A stretch of 52,361 bases of DNA from IMG/VR virus record IMGVR_UViG_3300025309_000439, positions 1 through 52,361 of that record. The stretch is one strand, 5' to 3'. This document shows, one piece after another, positions 7,928 through 16,560 of this stretch. Numbering within the stretch: the first letter of the stretch is position 1; each line of letters begins with the position of its first letter. Under the pieces are notes generated by a model. It was given only the letters and a program-made list of their open reading frames with translations. It made no database searches and had not been told where the DNA came from. The stretch comes from a virus. Its lineage: Duplodnaviria; Caudoviricetes. The position numbers were made by a program, and so were the translations under genes.

Positions 7928-9508
7928 ATGGAAACCGGCATTGCCTTACGCCCTTATCAGGAGGCCGCCATTGAAGCCTGGGAGTCCAGGTTAAATGGCG
8001 GCCTCAGGCGCGGGATAATAAACCTGCCCACGGGCTGCGGCAAAACGGTAACCGGCCTCGCAATAGCTAAACGCCGGGGCGGCCGGACGTTATGGCTCGC
8101 ACACCGCGACGAACTCATCGAGCAGCCGCTACGCGCTATCCGCGCTGTCTGGCCGGAGGCCTCCACCGGCGTTGTAAAGGCGGAACGCAATGAAACAGAC
8201 GCGCAGATGGTATTCGGCTCGATACAGACAGTCTCCCGAGCGAATCGTCTTAGGGCGCTATCCGGATTCGATCAGGTCGTAGTGGACGAGGCGCATCACG
8301 CGGCAGCCGACACCTATATGCGGACGATGGACGCGCTCGGCTGCTTTAAGCCGGACGGGCCGCCTGTTTTAGGCCTTACCGCCACCGTCGAGCGCGGCGA
8401 CAGTATCGGGCTGGATAAATCGTTCGAAGCCATCGTCTACCAGATGCAGCTGCTACAAGCCGTCAAAGACGGATGGCTGGTAGACCTGCGCATGCAGCAG
8501 GTCGCGCTGGACTTCGACCTCGACACTATTCCCACCGTAAACGGCGACTATAACCAAGGCGAGCTAGGCAATGCCATGCTCCGGGCTGGCGCAGCCGAGG
8601 CCACCGCCAATGCCTACCAGAATTATGGCGCAGGCCGAAAAGCACTGATCTTCACAGTCACCGTGGACCAGGCGCGGCGCACAGCGGAGGAATTGCAAAG
8701 TCGTGGAGAATTCGCAGAATGGCTATGCGGGAACACACCTATCGAAGAGCGCAGGGCTATATTACAGCGCTTCAAGACCGGCGAGACTCAGATAGTGGCC
8801 AACTGCGCCGTCCTGACCGAGGGCTTTGACGAGCCGTCCGTGGACGCCATCTTGATAGCCCGGCCCACGCAGTCTAAAACGCTTTACCTCCAGATGATAG
8901 GTCGCGGCACACGCATCTTCCCCGGCAAAGAGGACTGCCTGATAATCGACCTCGCGGGCGCGTCGCGCAAGCACAAGCTCGTCCAGGCACCCGTTTTATT
9001 CGGTTTAGACCCAGACGAGGCAAACGGCGAAACAGTCACGGAAGCGCTTAAAAAAAAGCGAAAGCGCGAGGACGCACTCGTCTCATCACTGGTCACGGCC
9101 AACCGGGCACTGCCTGAGCGGCAGCAGTTCCACTGGACAACCTCTGAGAATACGTTTTATGCCGCCTCTGCAGGACGGCGCGGCACTGTAATGCTCATCC
9201 GCTCAGGTGACGGCTGGATAGTCGAGGTCTCGCCAAAAGATCGCCTCGAAGCACCGACCATACTTGAGCCCCAGCCAGTGGAACTAGAAATGGCGCAAGG
9301 CATAGGCGAAGATTACATCCGGCGGGCAATGGCAACCGTCCTGGCGGCCGAGAACGCGGGCTGGCGACTGAAGCCCGCTTCTGAGAAGCTGTTGGCGGCG
9401 CTCAGTAAATGGCGCGTGCAGGTGCCCAGCGGGATAACCGCAGGCGCGGCGTCGGACCTCTTAACCATTGCGATAGCCAAGGCCTGGCTCTGGCGGAGGA
9501 AGCAATGA
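7928..9508 (+). CDS. SF2 DEAH-box helicase
   Basis: LRPYQ, TGCGKT, DEAHH, GLTAT, LTEGFD, QMIGRGTR motifs. Confidence 0.95.
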   Translation: METGIALRPYQEAAIEAWESRLNGGLRRGIINLPTGCGKTVTGLAIAKRRGGRTLWLAHRDELIEQPLRAIRAVWPEASTGVVKAERNETDAQMVFGSIQTVSRANRLRALSGFDQVVVDEAHHAAADTYMRTMDALGCFKPDGPPVLGLTATVERGDSIGLDKSFEAIVYQMQLLQAVKDGWLVDLRMQQVALDFDLDTIPTVNGDYNQGELGNAMLRAGAAEATANAYQNYGAGRKALIFTVTVDQARRTAEELQSRGEFAEWLCGNTPIEERRAILQRFKTGETQIVANCAVLTEGFDEPSVDAILIARPTQSKTLYLQMIGRGTRIFPGKEDCLIIDLAGASRKHKLVQAPVLFGLDPDEANGETVTEALKKKRKREDALVSSLVTANRALPERQQFHWTTSENTFYAASAGRRGTVMLIRSGDGWIVEVSPKDRLEAPTILEPQPVELEMAQGIGEDYIRRAMATVLAAENAGWRLKPASEKLLAALSKWRVQVPSGITAGAASDLLTIAIAKAWLWRRKQ

Positions 9509-12500
9509 ACGAAACGCTTCTCTCGCCCAATAAGTCGGCCATTGCTGCGCATCTGCGGCATCTGTTCGAACCTTTACCCGATGCGTTGGTGGAATTGGCA
9601 TGGACGGATGCGGCAGACGGCCGATTGCGGCACGCGCGGCTATTTAGTCCGCAGGATTTAGCCGGTATCGCGGAGTTTGCCGCCGCCCGGAACGCCGTGG
9701 CGGGTCAAAACCTATACCTCGGTGCTGCGCTGCGGCGGATGGACACACGACGGGACAGGAGGTCATCTGATGCTGATTTTCGCGCGCTCACCGCCTTATA
9801 CGCAGATTTCGACGATGAGGGGGCACTGGAACAGGCCGAGAAGTTATGCGGCGAGAAAGGCGTTCCACCCACCGCTAAGGTAATCACAGGCCACCAGCCG
9901 TACTCACGCGGCCAACTGTGGTGGCGGCTGCGGGAGCCGCTCCGCGACGGCGAGGCCTGCCGCCGCATAAACCGCGCCATAGCGGAGGCGTTGGGCGGCG
10001 ACACGGCAGTTTTCAATACCGGCCGCGTCATGCGCATGGGCGGCTCGGTCGCCTGGCCGCGTAAGAAAGGCCGCGTCGCAGAAATCACCTCTTTTGAGGA
10101 ACTCTCGCCGCGCAGATATGCACCCGAGGAACTTGAGGCCGCTTTTCCCCCCGCGCCGCCAACAGCTGCGCCTACCGCGCCAGCAACAACCAGCCGCCAG
10201 CCGTCGCCCGGCATAGACGCACTGCTGGCGCAGATAGGACCGAGTAACTGGCATCTGCCGATGCTACGCGCGGTCGCCAGAATGGTGGCCTGCGGCTGGA
10301 CGGATCAGGATATACTGGCAAAGGCCGAACGCCATACTTTACCCGGCTGGAGCAGCGAGCAGACGCGGAGTGAAGTACTGGCCATGATAGGCGGAGCCAG
10401 GCGGAAGGGCTTTGGCGACGGCAAAAAGATTCCACGACTTATCTCTGACGTCCCGCCCGGCTACGATACGCAGCCATTGCCGCGTGACGAGGCGTCCGCA
10501 CAGCTTAAATCCGTTATCGCGGGCTGGTTCGACCGCGCGGTGCCACTCGCACAGGCGCGTAAAGAACTAGCCAGACGCCATCGCGCCAGATTTGCACGTA
10601 AGCTGCCGCCAGGAGTCGCGGAGGAACTCCGGACGGCGGTCAAGGAGCAATACGGCATACCCAGCCTGCGTGACGCGCCGCGAGTGGCGGTGCAGGCGGC
10701 GGCGGGCCTGGGCAAGACAATACAGGTGGCCCATGAGATAATGGCGCGGAAAGCAGTCTGGGATATGCGCGTCTGGATAATGGTTCCCACCATCGACCTA
10801 GCCGATCGCCTGGCAGAGCAATTCGCGCAACTCTCGTGCGACCCCGCCCATGCGCCAGGCCCGGACGTGCGCGTTATGCGCGGACGACTCGCACGGGCGC
10901 ATGAGTTGCGGCGGCCACACGAGCCCAAGACCATGTGCCGCAAGCCGGACGCGGCTGATGCCGCCGGCCGATTGGGCCTGAACGTTTATAAGACCCTCTG
11001 CAAATCCACAACCGGGGACTGCAAGTTTTACTATCACTGCCCTTGGATACGCCAATGGGAGAGCCATGGGCCGGGCGTGCGCATCTGGTCGCATGAATAC
11101 CTGCATTTACCCATGCTGTCCGACTACCCGCCGCCGGATATGGTCATCTGCGATGAGTCCGTCGTGGAGGTCTTGGCCGGTGGCCTGCAATTCGCACCCG
11201 ACCGGCTGACAGAGAAACCCGCATGGGCCGACGGCGAAGATGCAGAGCACCTCACAAGGTGCATGACCGATATTCACGCAGCACTCGCGGAAGGCGGGCC
11301 GGAACTGTCGGCCATACGGGCAAAAGACCTCACGCACGCCATGCTCGTAAAGGCTGCCGATATCGCGGAGGGCAGAGAGGACGGCGACACCGGCATAACA
11401 CCGGCCATGCCGGAAGAAGAGGCGGTGGAACGCCTCAACGCGCTTGAAGAGTCAGAGCGCGAGAAGATAGCGCGGCTCATACGGCAGCTGTCAAAAGAGA
11501 TAAACCTCCCGCGCGTTATCTCGCATACCGTGGAACTACAACGCAACGTGCCGGTTCTGGTGGACGGCAAACCAGAACGCCAGAACCGGGTAAGCGTCCG
11601 GTGGCGGCGGAAGGTACTTATAGGCCGGACTCGACCACTACTGGTCATAGACGCGGATGCCGACGAGGAAATCACCCGGCGCCTGTTTGGCGGGCAGATT
11701 GAGCATGTCACCATTCCGGTCAGGCGGAACGCGGTGGTCACACAGTGCCATACTTCAAATTTCTCGCGGCAATCCCTGCTGGGCTTCGACGGCGCTGCGC
11801 CGGATTTCAACGCCAAGGCCGCGCAACGCCTTGAGAGCGTCAAGCTCGCCATCCGTAAACTCAGCAAATCTTCCAGACTACTTGTCGTCTGCCCGTTACC
11901 GGTCAGGCGGGCCATAACGGGCGAGGATGCCCCGCATCTACCGCTGTCCTGCGAATGGGAAGGGGCTACTATCTCACATTTCGGGCGTATACGCGGCGTG
12001 GACGACTGGAAAGGTTATGAGGCGTGCCTTACCATAGGCCGGGAACAACCGCCGCCGCTGGCGGTAGAGGCGCTGGCACGCTCGGTATGGGATGACGACC
12101 CAAAACCGCTTAACCTGCCTGGCACATACAGCAAAGCGCCACGCGGATACCGAATGCGCGGTGGCGCGAAGCTGGGTGTTGAGGTTGACGTGCATCCCGA
12201 CCCGCGCGTCCAACGGGTCCTTGAGCTTAAGCGCGAGCGGGAGTCGCTGCAAGCCATCGACCGCATCCGGCTTATCCATCCGGACCATATGAAGGACGTT
12301 TACATCCTCTGCAAGGTGCCTTTGGACATCGATGTCGACCGGTTAGCGGGCTTCGCGGAGCTATTAAATTGCGAGGGGACAAAACTTGAGCAAGCGTACC
12401 GCAGGGCGCGGCTTGGACTGCCACTTTGTGCAGACCAGATATCGAAGAATTGGCCGGACCTGTTTTCCTCAAAAAGAGTAGGAGAACACTGCATAATTCG

Positions 12501-12831
12501 TGATTTAGAAGGTGCCAGATTTGATATACCCAAAAGGGAAATATTATCTATTCCCCATTTGGGTATATCAAAAGCTGAGCCTAAAAATACCCTCCAATTG
12601 GTCCATTTTGGCAACTCAGATGCCATCCTAATCCGCTTTAGACCTCGCTCGAATGGCCGTGGAGGTCATCGCAACTGGTCAAGGGCGTTGGTCGCTGCCG
12701 ACACGCCCTATTTCCGGGCACGCGTGCGCGACGCGATGAGTTGCGAGCTTGAGTTCGAGTTCCCCCCAACCGGTCTTGTCTCGGCCTCAGCTAAGCAAAT
12801 CCAAACAACAGTCACAGGAGGAATCGTATGA
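9505..12831 (+). CDS. RepB-type (AEP) DNA primase fused to an SF2-like helicase domain with a Cys cluster
   Basis: LYADFDD, GQLWWRL, RVMRMGGS primase motifs; AAAGLGKT, ICDES, QAIDRIR helicase-like motifs; the ATG at 9505 overlaps the upstream stop. Confidence 0.8.
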   Translation: MNETLLSPNKSAIAAHLRHLFEPLPDALVELAWTDAADGRLRHARLFSPQDLAGIAEFAAARNAVAGQNLYLGAALRRMDTRRDRRSSDADFRALTALYADFDDEGALEQAEKLCGEKGVPPTAKVITGHQPYSRGQLWWRLREPLRDGEACRRINRAIAEALGGDTAVFNTGRVMRMGGSVAWPRKKGRVAEITSFEELSPRRYAPEELEAAFPPAPPTAAPTAPATTSRQPSPGIDALLAQIGPSNWHLPMLRAVARMVACGWTDQDILAKAERHTLPGWSSEQTRSEVLAMIGGARRKGFGDGKKIPRLISDVPPGYDTQPLPRDEASAQLKSVIAGWFDRAVPLAQARKELARRHRARFARKLPPGVAEELRTAVKEQYGIPSLRDAPRVAVQAAAGLGKTIQVAHEIMARKAVWDMRVWIMVPTIDLADRLAEQFAQLSCDPAHAPGPDVRVMRGRLARAHELRRPHEPKTMCRKPDAADAAGRLGLNVYKTLCKSTTGDCKFYYHCPWIRQWESHGPGVRIWSHEYLHLPMLSDYPPPDMVICDESVVEVLAGGLQFAPDRLTEKPAWADGEDAEHLTRCMTDIHAALAEGGPELSAIRAKDLTHAMLVKAADIAEGREDGDTGITPAMPEEEAVERLNALEESEREKIARLIRQLSKEINLPRVISHTVELQRNVPVLVDGKPERQNRVSVRWRRKVLIGRTRPLLVIDADADEEITRRLFGGQIEHVTIPVRRNAVVTQCHTSNFSRQSLLGFDGAAPDFNAKAAQRLESVKLAIRKLSKSSRLLVVCPLPVRRAITGEDAPHLPLSCEWEGATISHFGRIRGVDDWKGYEACLTIGREQPPPLAVEALARSVWDDDPKPLNLPGTYSKAPRGYRMRGGAKLGVEVDVHPDPRVQRVLELKRERESLQAIDRIRLIHPDHMKDVYILCKVPLDIDVDRLAGFAELLNCEGTKLEQAYRRARLGLPLCADQISKNWPDLFSSKRVGEHCIIRDLEGARFDIPKREILSIPHLGISKAEPKNTLQLVHFGNSDAILIRFRPRSNGRGGHRNWSRALVAADTPYFRARVRDAMSCELEFEFPPTGLVSASAKQIQTTVTGGIV

Positions 12832-13178
12832 GCAATCGTTCGAAAGGCAATATGCATGAGAAGAAAGTCGCGGATTACCTGAAAGGACAAGGGTATCTGG
12901 TGGAACGCAGTTTTGGTAAGCCCGGGTGGCAACCGGGCAGGGGCATAGTATTCTGCGCGCGTGATCTGTTCGGCGCGTTTGATATTGTCGCGATCAATCC
13001 GCCGAGCGAGGTGCGTTTCATCCAGGTAACCTCGGGTGCGGTAGCGGTACGGCGCAACAAGACATTCTCGGTCTGGCCACAGGCGGAGGTATGGGAACAC
13101 CTTAGAGCTGGCGTTTACCGCATCCACAAGTCCGACGGCAACTCCGAAGTCATAGATGTAAAGGCGGCGGCATGCTGA
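12828..13178 (+). CDS. Hjc-like Holliday junction resolvase / PD-(D/E)XK endonuclease
   Basis: KG..HE...YL..GY, FDIVAI, FIQV motifs. Confidence 0.8.
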   Translation: MSNRSKGNMHEKKVADYLKGQGYLVERSFGKPGWQPGRGIVFCARDLFGAFDIVAINPPSEVRFIQVTSGAVAVRRNKTFSVWPQAEVWEHLRAGVYRIHKSDGNSEVIDVKAAAC

Positions 13179-13438
13179 CACCGCTCATTCGCCAAGTCAT
13201 TATCCGTAAAGGCTGGTCGCCAGTAGAGCTTCCCTGGCTTAAAGGCGAGCGAGTACTGGTTGTCTCAAGCGATACCCAAGTGGCTGCGGCAAAGGAGAAA
13301 TACCCTGGCCTCGTGGATTATCTGCTGGAAGAATTAGACCTCATCCTGCCGCACGAGCGGGATTTCACGGCATTGAAAAACATCAATCTCGTGAAAAAGC
13401 ACATCGGCGGCAGGATCATCGAGCGTCAAACTGTTTAA
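13172..13438 (+). CDS. Hypothetical protein
   Basis: 88 aa; overlaps the upstream gene within the operon. Confidence 0.7.
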   Translation: MLTPLIRQVIIRKGWSPVELPWLKGERVLVVSSDTQVAAAKEKYPGLVDYLLEELDLILPHERDFTALKNINLVKKHIGGRIIERQTV

Positions 13439-13452
13439 ACAGCTTTATGGAC
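13427..13452 (+). promoter_or_regulatory. Palindromic operator/late-promoter element, copy 1
   Basis: CAAACTGTTTAAACAGCTTTATGGAC; 25/26 identical to 22354-22379. Confidence 0.7.
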
Positions 13453-13474
13453 TTTAACGAGGAAACCGACCAAA

Positions 13475-13660
13475 ATGTATAAAGAGAAAATTTGCCGATT
13501 CTGCAAAGAACCGTTTAAGCCGGAGTTCTCTAACCAGAGCTACCACCCGAAGTGCAGACGCGCCTGGCGCAGGGATTACGAGCGCAAGTATAACCGGGAG
13601 TATCAGCGCAAGGTCAGGAAGCTTTTGAAAGAGGATTGGGCACAGGAGATAGACCAGTGA
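13475..13660 (+). CDS. Small basic Zn-finger-like protein
   Basis: CRFC...HPKC followed by an Arg-rich helix; GAGG upstream; GTGA overlap with the next gene. Confidence 0.65.
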   Translation: MYKEKICRFCKEPFKPEFSNQSYHPKCRRAWRRDYERKYNREYQRKVRKLLKEDWAQEIDQ

Positions 13661-14187
13661 AAGGACGAAAACCGAAGTATCCGCAGGAAGAAATAAACCA
13701 AGTCGCGGCAAGACTGGCCGCAGGTGAAAGCCCCTCAGCATTGTCGAAGGAGTTGGGCTGGCCGCGCACGTCCATCCTGCGCTGCTCCGATAGCGCACGA
13801 GCTCCGTCACAGGTTACCGAGCAGGCCAAGAAAACCATCAAGGACAAAAAAGCCACCCAGCGAGAACGGCTATTCTGGCGGTTCGTGGAAGCCAATCTGC
13901 GACAGGGCATCCAGAAAGCGTCAGAAGCCGCGCCAAAAGAGGTCGCGGCGATGCTTGACTCCGCAGTGAAACTGAAAGCGCTCATGACCACTTCCGGCGG
14001 CGGGACGCGCGGCTCACTTATCAACTTCACCGAGGACACTATTATGCAGTTTACCCGCTTCATCAAGGGAGAAGTGGTTCCTGCTGTCGCGGCTGAGCAG
14101 GTAGCAGAAGCTGGCCTAGGCGAGGCCAAAGCCGACGTTTTGGAAAACGATCCCGAGGCGCGGTCTGAGGAGCGAAATGGCGAGTGA
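13657..14187 (+). CDS. Probable terminase small subunit (N-terminal HTH)
   Basis: GTG start with AGGAG RBS; HTH LAAGESPSALSKELGWPRTSI; immediately upstream of terL. Confidence 0.7.
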   Translation: MKGRKPKYPQEEINQVAARLAAGESPSALSKELGWPRTSILRCSDSARAPSQVTEQAKKTIKDKKATQRERLFWRFVEANLRQGIQKASEAAPKEVAAMLDSAVKLKALMTTSGGGTRGSLINFTEDTIMQFTRFIKGEVVPAVAAEQVAEAGLGEAKADVLENDPEARSEERNGE

Positions 14188-14210
14188 ATCCGCGAAGAAG
14201 CGCGGGATTC

Positions 14211-14239
14211 ACCTGACATAATGCACGATTATGTCAGGC
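14211..14239. other. dif/lox-like tyrosine recombinase site
   Basis: CCTGACATAA-TGCACGA-TTATGTCAGG: perfect inverted arms with the CATAA/TTATG core of Xer dif sites and a 7-bp spacer. Confidence 0.55.
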
Positions 14240-14381
14240 TTTACCGACGAGAAACGACTATGAACAGACAGGTAAAAAATAGCGTAAATTTTGAGGCCGG
14301 AACGCGGTACGCTCCCCCTTTACAGATTTTGCGACAGTCTGATTTTGACCGAAATTATTTTTTTGCGGCAAAACAACTCTC

Positions 14382-15800
14382 ATGACCAACCGAATACTTA
14401 ATCAGGGCCCCCTCCCAGAACTGGACGCCAAGAGCCTCCAGCGGAAGCTGTTCGACCTCTTTGCCTTTGCGCGGGACGTACTGGGCTATCACCACATCAG
14501 CAAGCTGCACCTGCGCTGGTATAAAGAACTGCTGGATCATCGCTATATCCTGCTTTTGAGCCCCCGGGGGCATCTCAAGACCTCGGCAGTCACAGTGGGC
14601 TATTCCCTCTGGCGGCTTACGCAGGACCATAACCTGCGCATTTCCATCCTTAACGAAGTGCTCGGCAACGCCAAAGATATCCTCCAGACCATCAAGGCGC
14701 ATATCTCCAGCGAAAAGTTCCAGGAGCTTTACGGCCACTGGGACACCCTGAGCAGCATGTGGACGGCTGAGAAGATTCTTATCCCCCGCGACAAGGTGCT
14801 CAAGGAGCCCAGCATCTCGGCTGCGGGCGCACTGGGTACCATCGTAAGCCAGCACGCGGACCTGATAGTGATAGACGACCCACACAGCGAGAAGAACTCC
14901 CAGACGCCGAACCAGCGCAAGAAGATAATCTCGTGGTTCCAGAATACTGTCATGCCCATTCTGGAGCCGTCCGGCCAGCTGATAGTCTGCATGACCCGCT
15001 GGCATAAAGACGACCTGGCCGGGCATATTATGTCCGATCCCGGCTTCAAGAACTGGCACGTAATCGAGCAGCGTGCAGAATGGACTGATGAGGCCGGTAA
15101 ACGCCAAATCTTATTCCCTGAAAAATGGTCACCGGAAGCACTGAACCAAATTAAGGCCAATATGGGCAGCCAGGCCTACCGTACGCAGATGCTCAACGAT
15201 GTCGCCGGTCAGGAAGGCTCGGATTTCAAAATTGAATGGCTCACCGCCTGCCGCTATGCGGAAAAGCCGAAGGACATGAATATTTACATAGGCGTGGACC
15301 TTGCGGCCGGCAGTGCTGAGTCCCATTCGAAGTTCGCCTATGTGGTCCTGGGAATCCCAAAGGGCGACAAAGACGCCTATGTGCTGGCGGCGCATAAGGA
15401 CAGCATCCAGTTCCCGGAGCAGGTAAAAACCATCAAATGGCTCTGCAAGTTCTATGAGCCCACCGAGGTGGGCATCGAAGCCAACGCCTATCAGCAGTCT
15501 ATGCTGCAGGTGTTGCGAGTGGATGAGGAGACATCCCGCCTGCCGATAAAAGGCATCACCACTCAGGGCGACAAGCAGCGACGCATCAGAGGGCTGGCGC
15601 TGCTGTTTGAAAACAGGGCTCTCCGGCTGCCCGAAAGCTTGCCGGAGCTGGAAGAGGAACTCCTGCATTTCCCATTGGGTAATGACGACCTGCTGGATGC
15701 GCTCTGGCTGGCGATGGAGGTCCTGCGAAAAAAGAAGGTGCCGCCGAACATCAGATATGTCTCTGATTTCGGCCAGAGCAGATACAATGACTATATCTAA
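14382..15800 (+). CDS. terL: Terminase large subunit
   Basis: PRGHLKT Walker A, IVIDDP Walker B, MTRW, nuclease motifs GVDLA, IEAN and DDLLDA. Confidence 0.95.
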   Translation: MTNRILNQGPLPELDAKSLQRKLFDLFAFARDVLGYHHISKLHLRWYKELLDHRYILLLSPRGHLKTSAVTVGYSLWRLTQDHNLRISILNEVLGNAKDILQTIKAHISSEKFQELYGHWDTLSSMWTAEKILIPRDKVLKEPSISAAGALGTIVSQHADLIVIDDPHSEKNSQTPNQRKKIISWFQNTVMPILEPSGQLIVCMTRWHKDDLAGHIMSDPGFKNWHVIEQRAEWTDEAGKRQILFPEKWSPEALNQIKANMGSQAYRTQMLNDVAGQEGSDFKIEWLTACRYAEKPKDMNIYIGVDLAAGSAESHSKFAYVVLGIPKGDKDAYVLAAHKDSIQFPEQVKTIKWLCKFYEPTEVGIEANAYQQSMLQVLRVDEETSRLPIKGITTQGDKQRRIRGLALLFENRALRLPESLPELEEELLHFPLGNDDLLDALWLAMEVLRKKKVPPNIRYVSDFGQSRYNDYI

Positions 15801-16560
15801 TGCGGATGATAGCGGCTTGTCTATAAGACTCGTCAGTAATGTGACTGGCCGGGAATTTGTCGCGGCACATCATTATGCCGTCATCTGCCCCCCCATCACG
15901 AAGATAACCTACGGCCTATTCAAAGGCGAGAAATTGGTAGGCGTTGCTCTCTGGGGCTTCGGCACCCGGCCCATGCACACCATCCGAAAGCTGTTCCCGT
16001 CCCTGAGCGTGAATAATTATCTGGAACTTAACAGGTTCTGCGTCCTGGACGAGATGCCCCGGAATACCGAGAGCATGTTCCTGAAGCAGTGCTGCCAACA
16101 TATCAGGCAGGATTTTCCGAATGTCCATGTGCTATTCAGCTGGGCCGACGGCCTCAGGGGCAAACCCGGCTATGTCTACCAGTCGGCCAACTGGCTATAC
16201 GGTGGTTTTATTAAGAGCCAATTTTACTGCACGGGAGACGGCGAAGTGGTTCATCCCCGGCTTTTGATTACCCGTTACGGGACGAGAGCCAACGAATTCA
16301 CCCGTGGTATCGGCCTGACCAAAATATCAGGCTTCCAGTTCCGCTACTGTAAATTCATGTGCTCGCATAAACTGCGAAAGGCCTTAATCAAGGAGTCGCC
16401 GTTTAACTGGCGCAGCAAATATCCGAAGAATGGCGATTTGCGGTGGTGGATAGATGCGGAGGAGGGCTCAAGAGAGAGCCGTGAGGTTCCCATCCTCAAG
16501 GGGTCGGGGCGGTTCCGGCACTCCGCTGGGATTTCAACGGGGGACACGCTATGGGCATAA
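15787..16560 (+). CDS. Mom-like adenine-modifying GNAT enzyme
   Basis: FVAAHHYA, GVALWG, ELNRF, NTESMFL, SWAD...GYVYQSANW motifs typical of the Mom family; overlaps terL and portal. Confidence 0.85.
   Translation: MTISNADDSGLSIRLVSNVTGREFVAAHHYAVICPPITKITYGLFKGEKLVGVALWGFGTRPMHTIRKLFPSLSVNNYLELNRFCVLDEMPRNTESMFLKQCCQHIRQDFPNVHVLFSWADGLRGKPGYVYQSANWLYGGFIKSQFYCTGDGEVVHPRLLITRYGTRANEFTRGIGLTKISGFQFRYCKFMCSHKLRKALIKESPFNWRSKYPKNGDLRWWIDAEEGSRESREVPILKGSGRFRHSAGISTGDTLWA
16456..16527 (+). ncRNA. tRNA-Gly(CCC)-like cloverleaf embedded in the 3' end of the Mom-like CDS
   Basis: Acceptor GCGGAG/CTCCGC plus T discriminator; D arm GGCTC/GAGCC; anticodon arm TGAGG-TTCCCAT-CCTCA; 4-nt variable loop; T arm GTCGG-GGCGGTT-CCGGC; 72 nt; no encoded CCA. 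Confidence 0.8.

Noticed and set aside
9050-9057. A8 homopolymer in the helicase (and T7 near the mod start) as phase-variation tracts
   Set aside because: Short, in frame and explained by Lys codons.
14260-14385. 41-aa ORF ending in an ATGA overlap with terL
   Set aside because: No clear RBS or recognisable motif; the region is more likely packaging or regulatory DNA.
16456-16527. Calling the cloverleaf a canonical translating tRNA gene
   Set aside because: It lacks the TTC T-loop, D-loop GG, U8 and CCA and lies inside a CDS; reported as a tRNA-like RNA instead.
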